Assembly (NCBI GenBank): GCA_049860595.1
Contig: CP187551.1
Source: Methanocaldococcus sp. 16A
Lineage (GTDB): Archaea > AGJL01 > Methanococci > Methanococcales > Methanocaldococcaceae
Reading direction: 5' to 3' (one strand)
Length of the DNA stretch: 64,000 nucleotides
Shown here piece after piece: positions 50,944 through 60,199 of the stretch (within the stretch, counting starts at the first letter, position 1; every line of letters begins with the position of its first letter). Both the position numbers and the translations under genes were made by a program. The notes below the pieces were generated by a model. It searched no databases, was not told the origin of the DNA, and saw only the letters and a list, made by a program, of their open reading frames with translations.

Positions 50944-51723
50944 ATGCTAACTATTTTAAAATTAGGGGGAAGTATATTATCAGACAAAAATATGCCTTTT
51001 TCAGTAAAATGGGATAATTTAGAGAGGATAGCAATGGAAATAAAAAACGCCTTAGATTATTATAAAAATCAAAATGAAGAGATGAAATTAATACTCGTTC
51101 ATGGTGGTGGAGCTTTTGGACATCCTGTTGCTAAAAAATACTTAAAAGTTGAAAATGGTAAAAAAGTATTTATAAATATGAAAAAAGGATTTTGGGAAAT
51201 TCAAAAAGCAATGAGAAGATTTAATAACATAGTTATAGACACTTTACAAAGCTATGATATTCCTGCAGTTTCTATACAACCTTCTTCATTTATTGTTTTT
51301 GGAGATAAGTTAATTTTTGACATCTCCGCTATAAAAGAGATGCTTAAGAGAGATTTAGTTCCAGTAATTCATGGAGATATAGTAGTTGATGATAATAACG
51401 GATACAAAATAATTTCTGGAGATGATATAGTACCATACTTAGCTAATGAATTAAAAGCTGATTTAATACTTTATGCTACAGATGTTGATGGTGTTTTAAT
51501 TAACAACAAACCTATAAAAAGGATAGATGAAAAGAATATCGACGAAATATTAAGTTATTTAAGTGGCTCTAACAGTATAGACGTTACTGGTGGAATGAGA
51601 TATAAGATAGAGATGATTAGAAAAAATAAGTGTAGAGGTTTTGTATTTAACGGAAATAAAATAGAAAATATTTATAAAGCTTTATTAGGAAACGTAGAAG
51701 GAACAGAAATTGACTTTTTATAA
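50944..51723 (+). CDS. isopentenyl phosphate kinase
   Basis: KLGGS, HGGGAFGH, HGD, SGDD, DVTGGM. Confidence 0.92.
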   Translation: MLTILKLGGSILSDKNMPFSVKWDNLERIAMEIKNALDYYKNQNEEMKLILVHGGGAFGHPVAKKYLKVENGKKVFINMKKGFWEIQKAMRRFNNIVIDTLQSYDIPAVSIQPSSFIVFGDKLIFDISAIKEMLKRDLVPVIHGDIVVDDNNGYKIISGDDIVPYLANELKADLILYATDVDGVLINNKPIKRIDEKNIDEILSYLSGSNSIDVTGGMRYKIEMIRKNKCRGFVFNGNKIENIYKALLGNVEGTEIDFL

Positions 51724-51727
51724 TAAT

Positions 51728-54094
51728 TTATTGCTTTAACCACCTATCTAAGGTTACCTCTTCTCTATACCACTCTACTTTTTGTGGTTTAAATGAAATC
51801 TTTCCGTATTCTCCACCACCACCAGGATAAATATATATCTTCCCATTTCTAAACAGATTAATTGTTTCTGCCACTTTTGGATGAATCTTGGCTAATTCCT
51901 GAATATCTGCATTTATCAAAACCTCAATCTCATTTCCATATTTTTTAATAAACTCTTCCCATAAGCTTTGAACAGCCTTTGTAAATATTCCTTTGCCGAT
52001 GGTTAAGCTAATCATCTCAGCTAATGGAATTAGCTTATAATATGGAGGTCTAAATTCTGGATGCTTTATCTTTCCATCACTCAACTCTTCAACTCTACTT
52101 AAAACTCCTTTCTTTATACTTCCCTTACATTTTGGACATTTCCAATTGTATTTTTTAGCATCTCCTAATTTAAACCTTGTATGACATTTAGAGCATGCAG
52201 TTAAATGATACTTCCCTAATTTTGGGTCTAATCCATAATTGGCAATTATTTTATTATGCTTTATTGCTTTTTTTATTTGTTCAAAGTTGTCTTCAACTCC
52301 ACCTATGTAATCAACCTCTATTTGATTAAATTCTCTTCCCAATCTATGAGGATGATATGAATGGGCATCTGAATTTGACAAAAATGGTAAATCTCTGAGC
52401 TCTGGAATCATATCTGCCATGTCAGTATCTGCTGACAAACCAAGCTCTACAAAATCAGGTTTTTTTTCATAGCAGTTATATATTGAATCAAATGATTTAT
52501 AAAGAGATGTCCATGGCGTAAAGCAGTTATGCAAAGTTCCTGAAACAGTTACATAGCTTGAATCGTCCTCAACCTCTAAGTTATATACATATCCATTATA
52601 ATACTCTCTTTCTATTCTTATAATTGGAGTATATAGATAATTTCCTTTAATCCACCCATATCTAACATCCTTTTTTGGAAGTTTTATATCTTCATTTCTT
52701 AATACATTTATGATTTTTTCATCTTTATCTAATGGAGATATTCTCCCTTGCCATCTTGTATGATAATTAATAATGCTTCTATCTCCAATTTTTGGATTTT
52801 TTGGAACAAGCTTACTAAATGTTATTATAAAACCTAATCTTAGAGAAATTAATCTTAACTGATTCATCAAAATTTCTGAAGTAGTTACTCCTTTATCCCC
52901 TCTCCACCATCCAATAAATATCTGAATTTGCTTATTCTTAGGAAGATACAAAAACTCATTTGGAAGAGCTTTATTCCAAGCTCTTTTTTCATCTCCACAG
53001 TAGAATGTGTCTCCAAAGAATTCTCTTAAAACTCTTGAGTAATATTTTAATTCTATTCCTCCACTTCTTTCATCATTTCTTATTTTTGGTTTTAAGTTGA
53101 ATATTTTCTTCATTAGATATTCTATGTCATTGATGATTTCTTTTTCATTTTCCCCCAATGCAAATCCAATCCCATCCCTAAAGCAATAACCTTCAGATAA
53201 GAAATATCCAACTAACCTACAAAACTCTTCGGAAACTTCAATTTTTTCTGGAATCCTATTTCTCCAAGATTTTTGCTTAATATTATTAAGAAATTTACCT
53301 AATGATAAAAATTTAATATCTCTCACTTCCTTAGGTATTGGATAAACAATTACATCTCCTACTTTTAAGTCTTTAGCCATAATCCATTCTCTTTTATATT
53401 TCTCATATCTTTTTTTACATGAGGAATTTGTATATTGAGTTAAGCAGTTAAATTTACATATTCCATGGGAGCCATCACATCTCTTTTCTGTTTTAATGAC
53501 ATAGACAGGATGCTCAGGAGTTACGATTATTTCTTCTGGGAAGTATCTAACTCTAATCTTTATTATGTCTCCAATATATCTTCTTTTATAAACTTTTTCA
53601 ACTTTTTTAAACCTATTTTCATGAGTTAATACTTTATCTCCTACTTTTATATCGACTATTCTTTTAAAACCATTTTCTAATATTAGCAGTGTATCTGGAG
53701 GGACACAGTGAGCAGGTCCAATCAATCCATCAACCTCTCTAACAATATCTAAGATTTCATTACCTTTTAAATTTACTCTTGGTCGCCCCTCTTTATCAAT
53801 ATCCTTAGAATATTTTTTTAAAACTTCTCTCAACTCTTCAACCTTACTTATTGACGGTAATAAAATAAGATGATGAACTCTATGCTTATCTTCAATTTCT
53901 GTTGTTAAAACCAACTCTCTATCTTTATATTGCTTTATCTCTTCCAAATAATCTGGATGTGTGCAGTCACCTGTTCCAATGATGTTTAATCCTTTAAGCT
54001 TTCCATATTTTAAAATATTCTCTACACTCATGTCTTTAGATGTTCCACCAGAGAATCTTGAATGAATGTGCAAATCAACATTAGCTATCATCAT
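51728..54094 (-). CDS. PHP-domain endonuclease Q-like protein (TIGR00375 type) containing an intein
   Basis: DLHIHSRFS, GTGD, PAH, SNSDAHS..RLGREFN, GKYHLTACSKC..CPKC, PGGGGEYG. Confidence 0.88.
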   Translation of the reverse strand: MMIANVDLHIHSRFSGGTSKDMSVENILKYGKLKGLNIIGTGDCTHPDYLEEIKQYKDRELVLTTEIEDKHRVHHLILLPSISKVEELREVLKKYSKDIDKEGRPRVNLKGNEILDIVREVDGLIGPAHCVPPDTLLILENGFKRIVDIKVGDKVLTHENRFKKVEKVYKRRYIGDIIKIRVRYFPEEIIVTPEHPVYVIKTEKRCDGSHGICKFNCLTQYTNSSCKKRYEKYKREWIMAKDLKVGDVIVYPIPKEVRDIKFLSLGKFLNNIKQKSWRNRIPEKIEVSEEFCRLVGYFLSEGYCFRDGIGFALGENEKEIINDIEYLMKKIFNLKPKIRNDERSGGIELKYYSRVLREFFGDTFYCGDEKRAWNKALPNEFLYLPKNKQIQIFIGWWRGDKGVTTSEILMNQLRLISLRLGFIITFSKLVPKNPKIGDRSIINYHTRWQGRISPLDKDEKIINVLRNEDIKLPKKDVRYGWIKGNYLYTPIIRIEREYYNGYVYNLEVEDDSSYVTVSGTLHNCFTPWTSLYKSFDSIYNCYEKKPDFVELGLSADTDMADMIPELRDLPFLSNSDAHSYHPHRLGREFNQIEVDYIGGVEDNFEQIKKAIKHNKIIANYGLDPKLGKYHLTACSKCHTRFKLGDAKKYNWKCPKCKGSIKKGVLSRVEELSDGKIKHPEFRPPYYKLIPLAEMISLTIGKGIFTKAVQSLWEEFIKKYGNEIEVLINADIQELAKIHPKVAETINLFRNGKIYIYPGGGGEYGKISFKPQKVEWYREEVTLDRWLKQ
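52526..53707 (-). mobile_element. intein (394 aa) with LAGLIDADG homing endonuclease
   Basis: CVPPDT start, TPEHP block B, LVGYFLSEG and FIGWWRGDKG, VYNLEV..SY, HN|C splice junction. Confidence 0.95.
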
Positions 54095-54218
54095 CCCACC
54101 AAAAATTTATAAAAATCTAATGGACCAATTATAAAACCATATCAATTTAATAGGACTTTAATAAATATAACAATGAACTTTAATGCGTTTTATTTAAACA
54201 CTAAATTGGGGAGAAAAC

Positions 54219-55550
54219 ATGATTATAGATTATGAAATATTAAAAAAATATCCTCTCTGTAATAGATGTTTCGGAAGGTTGTATGCTAAGTTATTGCATA
54301 CAACAAACACTGAAAGAGGTAAGGCGTTAAAGCTATATAAAGCTTTAGAACTTGAAGCAAAGATAAAAAAAGCTAAAGAAAAAGGAATAAATTATGAAGA
54401 AGAATTAGAGTTATTAAAAGCTTTGGCAAAAAGTGGAGTCGATGAAATAAGATTGGAGGATATAAAAGATATAGAAAAAGAAAACTGCCCGTGGTGTAAA
54501 GGCATTTTTAACAAACAAAAAATGGAAAAACTATTAAATAAAGCAATTGAGATTTTAAAAGAGTATGAGTTTGACACATTTTTAATTGGAACTCATATCC
54601 CAAAAGAGATTAAAGAGCTTGAAAAAGAGATTGAAACAGAATTTATGGAAAGTATAAAGCAGGAATTTGGAAGAGAATTTGGAAAGATGTTGGCAGTTAG
54701 ATTAGATAAAGCCCCAAATAAAGAATATCCAGATATTGTTGTGCATATAAATCCATACACTGAAGAGATTTATTTACAAATAAACCCATTATTTATTAAA
54801 GGAAGATATAGAAAATTAGTTAGAGGCATTCCACAAACAAGATGGCCATGTAGAAAATGTAGAGGAAGAGGATGTGAGCTCTGTAACTACACAGGTAAAA
54901 AATATCCAATATCTGTTGAAGAAATCATTGCTAAACCGTTCTTAGAGGTTACAAAAGGTGTAGACGCAAAATTCCATGGGGCGGGAAGAGAAGATATAGA
55001 TGTCAGAATGCTTGGAGATGGAAGACCATTTGTTTTGGAGATTAAAGAGCCAAAGATAAGAAAAATTGATTTAAATAAAATTGCTGAAGAAGTTAATAAA
55101 GATGGTAGAGTAGAGGTTTTAAACTTAGAGTTTGGTGTTAGGAAGGATAAAGTTATATTTAAAAACACCCCTCATAGAAAAACATATAGAGCTTTAGTTG
55201 AATGCTCAGAAAAAATTAGTGAAGAAGAATTAAAAAAACTTGAAAAAGAACTTGAAAATAGAACTATATATCAAAAAACTCCTAAAAGAGTATTACATAG
55301 AAGAGCTGATTTAGAGAGAATCCGTAAGGTATATAAAGTTAAAACCAATAAAGTAGATGACAATCATTTTGAGATGATTATATATTGTGATGGTGGATTA
55401 TATATAAAAGAGCTAATCAGTGGAGATGATGGGAGAACAAACCCATCAGTTTCTTCTATATTAAATAAAAACTGTATATGTAAAGAATTGGATGTTTTAA
55501 AGATACATGACAATGATTCTGAAGGTGAGAATTATGGTTCAAATGAGTGA
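54219..55550 (+). CDS. pus10: tRNA pseudouridine(54/55) synthase Pus10
   Basis: [38 protein letters not shown]. Confidence 0.96.
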   Translation: MIIDYEILKKYPLCNRCFGRLYAKLLHTTNTERGKALKLYKALELEAKIKKAKEKGINYEEELELLKALAKSGVDEIRLEDIKDIEKENCPWCKGIFNKQKMEKLLNKAIEILKEYEFDTFLIGTHIPKEIKELEKEIETEFMESIKQEFGREFGKMLAVRLDKAPNKEYPDIVVHINPYTEEIYLQINPLFIKGRYRKLVRGIPQTRWPCRKCRGRGCELCNYTGKKYPISVEEIIAKPFLEVTKGVDAKFHGAGREDIDVRMLGDGRPFVLEIKEPKIRKIDLNKIAEEVNKDGRVEVLNLEFGVRKDKVIFKNTPHRKTYRALVECSEKISEEELKKLEKELENRTIYQKTPKRVLHRRADLERIRKVYKVKTNKVDDNHFEMIIYCDGGLYIKELISGDDGRTNPSVSSILNKNCICKELDVLKIHDNDSEGENYGSNE

Positions 55551-55830
55551 AGGATTTAGAAGAAAAACTAGAAAGAAATTATCAAAACACCCAAGAGAAA
55601 GAGGACTTTACCCAATAACAAGAGCTTTGAAAGAATATAAAGAAGGAGAGTATGTGCATATAGTTATAGACCCATCAGTCCATAAGGGAATGCCACACCC
55701 AAGATTCCATGGAAGAACAGGAATTGTTGTTGGTAAGCAGGGAAGAGCATTTATCGTTAAAGTAAGAGATGGAGGAAAATACAAACAAATCATTGCTTAC
55801 CCACAACACTTAAGACCAGCTACAGCTTAA
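55534..55830 (+). CDS. rpl21e: 50S ribosomal protein L21e
   Basis: [20 protein letters not shown]. Confidence 0.97.
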   Translation: MVQMSEGFRRKTRKKLSKHPRERGLYPITRALKEYKEGEYVHIVIDPSVHKGMPHPRFHGRTGIVVGKQGRAFIVKVRDGGKYKQIIAYPQHLRPATA

Positions 55831-55950
55831 ATTTTCAAAATTTTTAAATTTCTCTAAATTTTTTAAAACACTTTAATTATTTTTCTTTAATTCTATAATG
55901 TGAAAGTCCTAATAATGTTATTTTTATTGTATTGAATTAAGAGGGAGAGA

Positions 55951-56274
55951 ATGATAGGAAAAAAAATTCTTAGAGAGAAGCATGTGACAATATCAGAGGC
56001 TGCTGAAATCATGTATCAGAGAGCCCAGATTGGAGAGTTGTCATATGAGCAGGGATGTGCCTTAGATTATTTACAAAAATTTGCCAAGTTAGATAAAGAA
56101 GAGGCAAAAAAATTGGTCGAGGAGTTAATATCTTTAGGTGTAGATGAAAAAACAGCAGTTAAAATAGCTGATATTCTACCCGAAGATTTGGATGATTTGA
56201 GGGCAATATATTACAAAAGAGATTTGCCTGAAAACGCTGAGGAGATTTTAGAAACGGTTAGGAAATACATCTAA
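55951..56274 (+). CDS. rpoF: RNA polymerase subunit F (Rpo4)
   Basis: LSYEQ..ALDY..KF, AVKIADILP; follows rpl21e. Confidence 0.93.
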   Translation: MIGKKILREKHVTISEAAEIMYQRAQIGELSYEQGCALDYLQKFAKLDKEEAKKLVEELISLGVDEKTAVKIADILPEDLDDLRAIYYKRDLPENAEEILETVRKYI

Positions 56275-56324
56275 TTTTTTATTACTTCTTTAAATTTGTA
56301 GATTTAAATGAAAGGTGAAATTTT

Positions 56325-56978
56325 ATGGTTAGAGGGCAATATAAAAAACAAAATAAAGAAGGAACGAGATTTCCTAAAAAAAATAAGCCTCAAAAATTTG
56401 AAAACTACGCATGGGTTTTAGATTATCTACCTTACGGTTATCCAAACAAACCTGATGAGCCAATAGTTCAAGGACTAGGAGAATACCAATTTGTATTAAT
56501 GGAGATGGTTCCAAAACCAAATGTTGATATTCAATTGGGTGAGAGAGTTTATATTGGAAAAGGGAAGAGGGATAAGATTGACCACGTTAGAAGAATGATT
56601 AAATATGATAATTTAACTCCAACAGCTAAGTCAGAGCTTCTATATGTTATAATGGAAGCTGTTAAAATGCAAGAAGATAGATTTATAAGGTTCTTCAATG
56701 AATGCCCTCCAATTACTACAAGATTACATACCTTAGAATTGCTACCAGAAATCAAAAAGAAATATATGTGGAAAATTATTGAAGAAAGGGAAACAAAAAA
56801 ATTTGAAAGCTTTAAGGACTTTGAGGAGAGGGTAGGAAAAGACCCCGTAAGGATTATAGCTAAAAGAGTTGAAAAAGAGCTTTCAGATGATAAGAAAGAT
56901 AAATACTACTTATTTGTAAAATGGAAAAAAGGAATTATATTGGATGAAAAAGAGATGGCATACTATGTAAAAGAATAA
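56325..56978 (+). CDS. DUF655 family putative RNA-binding protein
   Basis: VLDYLPYG, RVYIGKG.RDK, RLHTLELLP. Confidence 0.9.
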   Translation: MVRGQYKKQNKEGTRFPKKNKPQKFENYAWVLDYLPYGYPNKPDEPIVQGLGEYQFVLMEMVPKPNVDIQLGERVYIGKGKRDKIDHVRRMIKYDNLTPTAKSELLYVIMEAVKMQEDRFIRFFNECPPITTRLHTLELLPEIKKKYMWKIIEERETKKFESFKDFEERVGKDPVRIIAKRVEKELSDDKKDKYYLFVKWKKGIILDEKEMAYYVKE

Positions 56979-56983
56979 AAGTT

Positions 56984-57697
56984 TTATAAATAAGATTTAG
57001 CAAATTCCCTTAACTCTCTAAGTGTTCCAAAGTTTAATAAACCTATATCAGTTATTGCTATAACATCTGCATCTAAGTAATCCTTTTTTATAACTTTTGA
57101 AGATGCTGAATTGTTAATTAAATCACTTCCTGGTGATAGTGGATTAAAAGCTGGTAAAACAATATACCTTTTGTTTAATAAATAAACTGGAAATTTCATA
57201 ATTGCTCCAACTTCATCCCTAAGTTTTATTGATGGATGCTCATGCCCCAAAATCCAAAGTCTCTCCTTTAATAAATCTTTATCTTCTATTTCTTTATCTC
57301 CATGGAAAATTAAATAATTTCCAATCTCAAAATAATCAAAAATTTCACAGCTAACAGATGAGATAAAAGTGTCATGATTTCCTTTAATTAAAATAATATT
57401 AACATACTCTCTCATAAAATCAATAAACTCATTTAAAAACTTAATTTCTCTTGGATAGGGCTTAAAATTATGCTTCACATCCCCATTAATTATTAAATTG
57501 TTAATTTTATATTTTTCAATTATATTTAAAGCTTTTTTTATAACTATATCTTTCTGCAGTAGTGGAAAGTTAGCTCCTCCTTCGCCAAAAAAGACATCAA
57601 AGCCAATATGCGTGTCAGCTATTATACCATAATCCTTATAAATTAAACATCTATCAACTGTTATATAAAAATCTTTAATTTTAATTTTCTCCTCCAT
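56984..57697 (-). CDS. calcineurin-like metallophosphoesterase
   Basis: ADTHIG, NGDVKH, GNHD, GHEHP, PAFN; ATG 57697. Confidence 0.9.
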   Translation of the reverse strand: MEEKIKIKDFYITVDRCLIYKDYGIIADTHIGFDVFFGEGGANFPLLQKDIVIKKALNIIEKYKINNLIINGDVKHNFKPYPREIKFLNEFIDFMREYVNIILIKGNHDTFISSVSCEIFDYFEIGNYLIFHGDKEIEDKDLLKERLWILGHEHPSIKLRDEVGAIMKFPVYLLNKRYIVLPAFNPLSPGSDLINNSASSKVIKKDYLDADVIAITDIGLLNFGTLRELREFAKSYL

Positions 57698-57755
57698 AAA
57701 ATCACTTATCAAACTTTTAATTTTGAAAATAAAAGAGAAAAAAGAGAGAAAGGCT

Positions 57756-58217
57756 TTATGCCTGCTCGACCAACAATCTTGCTGTCTCTGGTGTGTATCT
57801 CCAATCTGCTGGTAAAACTCCTTTTGACTTGTAGTATTTAACCAATCTTCTAATCTTTGACTCAATTAACTGTAAACCTCTCTTTGAATGTAAGTCTTTT
57901 GGATGCTGTTCTAAGTGTTTTCTTAAGTTAACAGCTCTTCTCATTAAGTTTAATAAATCTTCTGGAACTTTTGGATATAAGCCGTGTTCTTTCATTATTT
58001 TGCTTATCTTTTTACCGGTTATTAATTTAACATCTGGAATTCCGTATGTATCTCTCAATATCAAACCAATCTGTGCTGACTGATAACCTTTCTTAGCTAA
58101 CTCTACTACTAACTGCTCTACTTGCTCCGGTGTGTATTGGACCCATTCAGGAACTTCCTTCCTGACGGGTCTCTTTGAACCGGAGCGACCTCTTTTTCTT
58201 GCGTGCATTCTTGCCAT
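57756..58217 (-). CDS. rps15: 30S ribosomal protein S15 (uS15)
   Basis: [29 protein letters not shown]. Confidence 0.97.
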
Positions 58218-58221
58218 TCTA

Positions 58222-58255
58222 TCACCCGATGGTCGCCAGTCCAAAGAGACCTGGC
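58222..58255 (-). promoter_or_regulatory. GC-rich structured leader of rps15 (candidate autoregulatory r-leader)
   Basis: GCCAG..CTGGC stem followed by ACC-ATCG-GGT stem overlapping the GGTGA RBS. Confidence 0.5.
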
Positions 58256-58408
58256 TTTTGGTTTTTATTATTTTTTTATTATTTTTCAAATTTTTTAGAA
58301 TAAATAAAGTTTAAGGGAAATCTTTTTATTGTATATATACTAAATAAAAATATATCCGCTTTTAATGAACATTCACAAAAGACCTATTTATAATTTTTGG
58401 TGAGTATC

Positions 58409-59140
58409 ATGTTATTAAAAGTAGAGGACTTGCATGTTTATAGAGGGAATAGAGAAATTTTAAAAGGAGTAAATTTAGATATAAAGGAAAATGAGATTCA
58501 TGCAATTATAGGCCCTAACGGAGCAGGGAAATCAACTTTAGCTTATACAATAATGGGAGTTTCTGGATATAAGCCAACTAAAGGAAGAATTATATTTAAA
58601 GGTGTTGATATAACCGATAAAAACATTACTGAAAGAGCGAGAATGGGAATAACATTAGCTTGGCAAGAACCAGCAAGATTTGAAGGAATTAAAGTTAGAA
58701 CTTATTTAATGCTCGGAATGAATGAAAAATATAAAAAAGATAAAGAAAAAGCAGAAGAAAAAATTAGAGAAGCTTTGAAATTAGTTAATTTAGACCCGGA
58801 TAGATATTTAGATAGATATGTAGATGAAACTTTGAGTGGGGGAGAAAGGAAGAGGATAGAGTTGGCCTCAATAATATGTATAGAGCCAGATTTAGCAATA
58901 TTGGATGAACCAGATAGTGGGATAGACATTGTATCATTTGATGAAATTAAGAGAGTTTTCGATTATTTAAAAGAAAAAGGTTGCTCTTTATTAGTTGTTA
59001 CACATAGAGAAGAGTTAGCTGAACATGCTGACAGAGCTTCATTAATTTGTGCTGGAGAAGTTATCAAAACTGGAAATCCAGAAGAAGTTGGAGAATTCTA
59101 CAAAAAAAGATGTGGGAAATGCTATAAACCTTTCCAATAA
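58409..59140 (+). CDS. sufC: Fe-S assembly ABC ATPase SufC (SmsC type)
   Basis: GPNGAGKS, LSGGERKR, DEPDSG, C-terminal CxxC. Confidence 0.92.
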   Translation: MLLKVEDLHVYRGNREILKGVNLDIKENEIHAIIGPNGAGKSTLAYTIMGVSGYKPTKGRIIFKGVDITDKNITERARMGITLAWQEPARFEGIKVRTYLMLGMNEKYKKDKEKAEEKIREALKLVNLDPDRYLDRYVDETLSGGERKRIELASIICIEPDLAILDEPDSGIDIVSFDEIKRVFDYLKEKGCSLLVVTHREELAEHADRASLICAGEVIKTGNPEEVGEFYKKRCGKCYKPFQ

Positions 59141-59167
59141 AATTTTAAAATATAATGAGGGATTTCT

Positions 59168-60118
59168 ATGAGCATCAAAGAGGAATTAATGGAAATTATT
59201 GAGGCAATAAAATATACTTCTGAAAAGCCTGAAGAAATTGTTCATGGTAAAGGACCGAGAATGATTGTTAAAGAAAGTAAAATTATTGATGTGAAAGATG
59301 CTGAGGGAATAATATTAGAAGGAAAAGAAGAAGACGGGAAAATAAAAGCAAAAATCATTGTTAAAAAGGGCTATAAATTTAAACAACCAATACATATGTG
59401 CTTTGGAATTACAGAAGAAAATATCTCTCAAATTATAGATGTTGAGATTATTTTAGAGGAGGATAGCGCCATCTCTCTAATGTCTCATTGCTCATTCCCA
59501 AAAGGTAAGGGAATTAAGCATATAATGAATGGTGTTGTAAAAATAGGAAAGAATGCAAGATTCTCTTACAATGAATTCCACTACCATGGTATGGAAGGGG
59601 ATATATTAGTTAAACCAACAGTAAAAGTAGAGATTGAAGAGGGAGGAGTTTATATTTCAAACTTCACATTAACAAAAGGAAGGATAGGAACTTTAGATGT
59701 AGACCAAGAGATTATTGCTAAAAAAGATGCAATAGTAGATATAATGGTAAGAACCTATGCAATAAAAGATGATATTGTTAAGATTAATGAAGTTGTTAAG
59801 TTGGATGGAGAAAATGCTAAGTGTATTATGAAAAGTAGAGGAGCGGCAATGGACAATTCCAAAATAACTTTAAACTTAAAAATTGAAGGTAATGCCCCTT
59901 ATAGTAAAGGGCATATTGACTGTGCTGAGATTATTAAAGGAAATGCAGAAGTTGAATCAATTCCAATAGTTGTAGTAAGGAATGAGAGAGCAAGGATAAC
60001 TCATGAAGCTGCTATTGGAAGTGTTGATAAAAAGCAATTGGAAACATTGATGGCTAAAGGATTAGATGAGGATGAAGCAACGGAGATAATTGTTAAAGGT
60101 ATGATAGGAGATTTATAA
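59168..60118 (+). CDS. sufB: SufB/D family Fe-S scaffold (SmsB type)
   Basis: GHIDC, ITHEAAIG, GLDEDEA. Confidence 0.9.
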   Translation: MSIKEELMEIIEAIKYTSEKPEEIVHGKGPRMIVKESKIIDVKDAEGIILEGKEEDGKIKAKIIVKKGYKFKQPIHMCFGITEENISQIIDVEIILEEDSAISLMSHCSFPKGKGIKHIMNGVVKIGKNARFSYNEFHYHGMEGDILVKPTVKVEIEEGGVYISNFTLTKGRIGTLDVDQEIIAKKDAIVDIMVRTYAIKDDIVKINEVVKLDGENAKCIMKSRGAAMDNSKITLNLKIEGNAPYSKGHIDCAEIIKGNAEVESIPIVVVRNERARITHEAAIGSVDKKQLETLMAKGLDEDEATEIIVKGMIGDL

Positions 60119-60125
60119 AAAAATA

Positions 60126-60193
60126 TTGGCGATGATGACAATTTCGCTATCTGATTTTTCAATTAATGATGACTACTCCCGCAGCTGAGCCAA
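60126..60193 (+). ncRNA. box C/D methylation guide sRNA
   Basis: terminal stem TTGGC/GCCAA; C ATGATGA 60132; D' CTGA 60151; C' ATGATGA 60166; D CTGA 60185; two 12-nt guides. Confidence 0.93.
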
Positions 60194-60199
60194 GCTTTT

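Noticed and set aside
57698-57865. Long N-terminal extensions in the ORF track (phosphoesterase; also PCNA, trpD, ARMT1, rps15, rpl18e)
   Set aside because: They overlap neighbouring genes or repeats; downstream ATGs with proper RBS spacing fit family lengths
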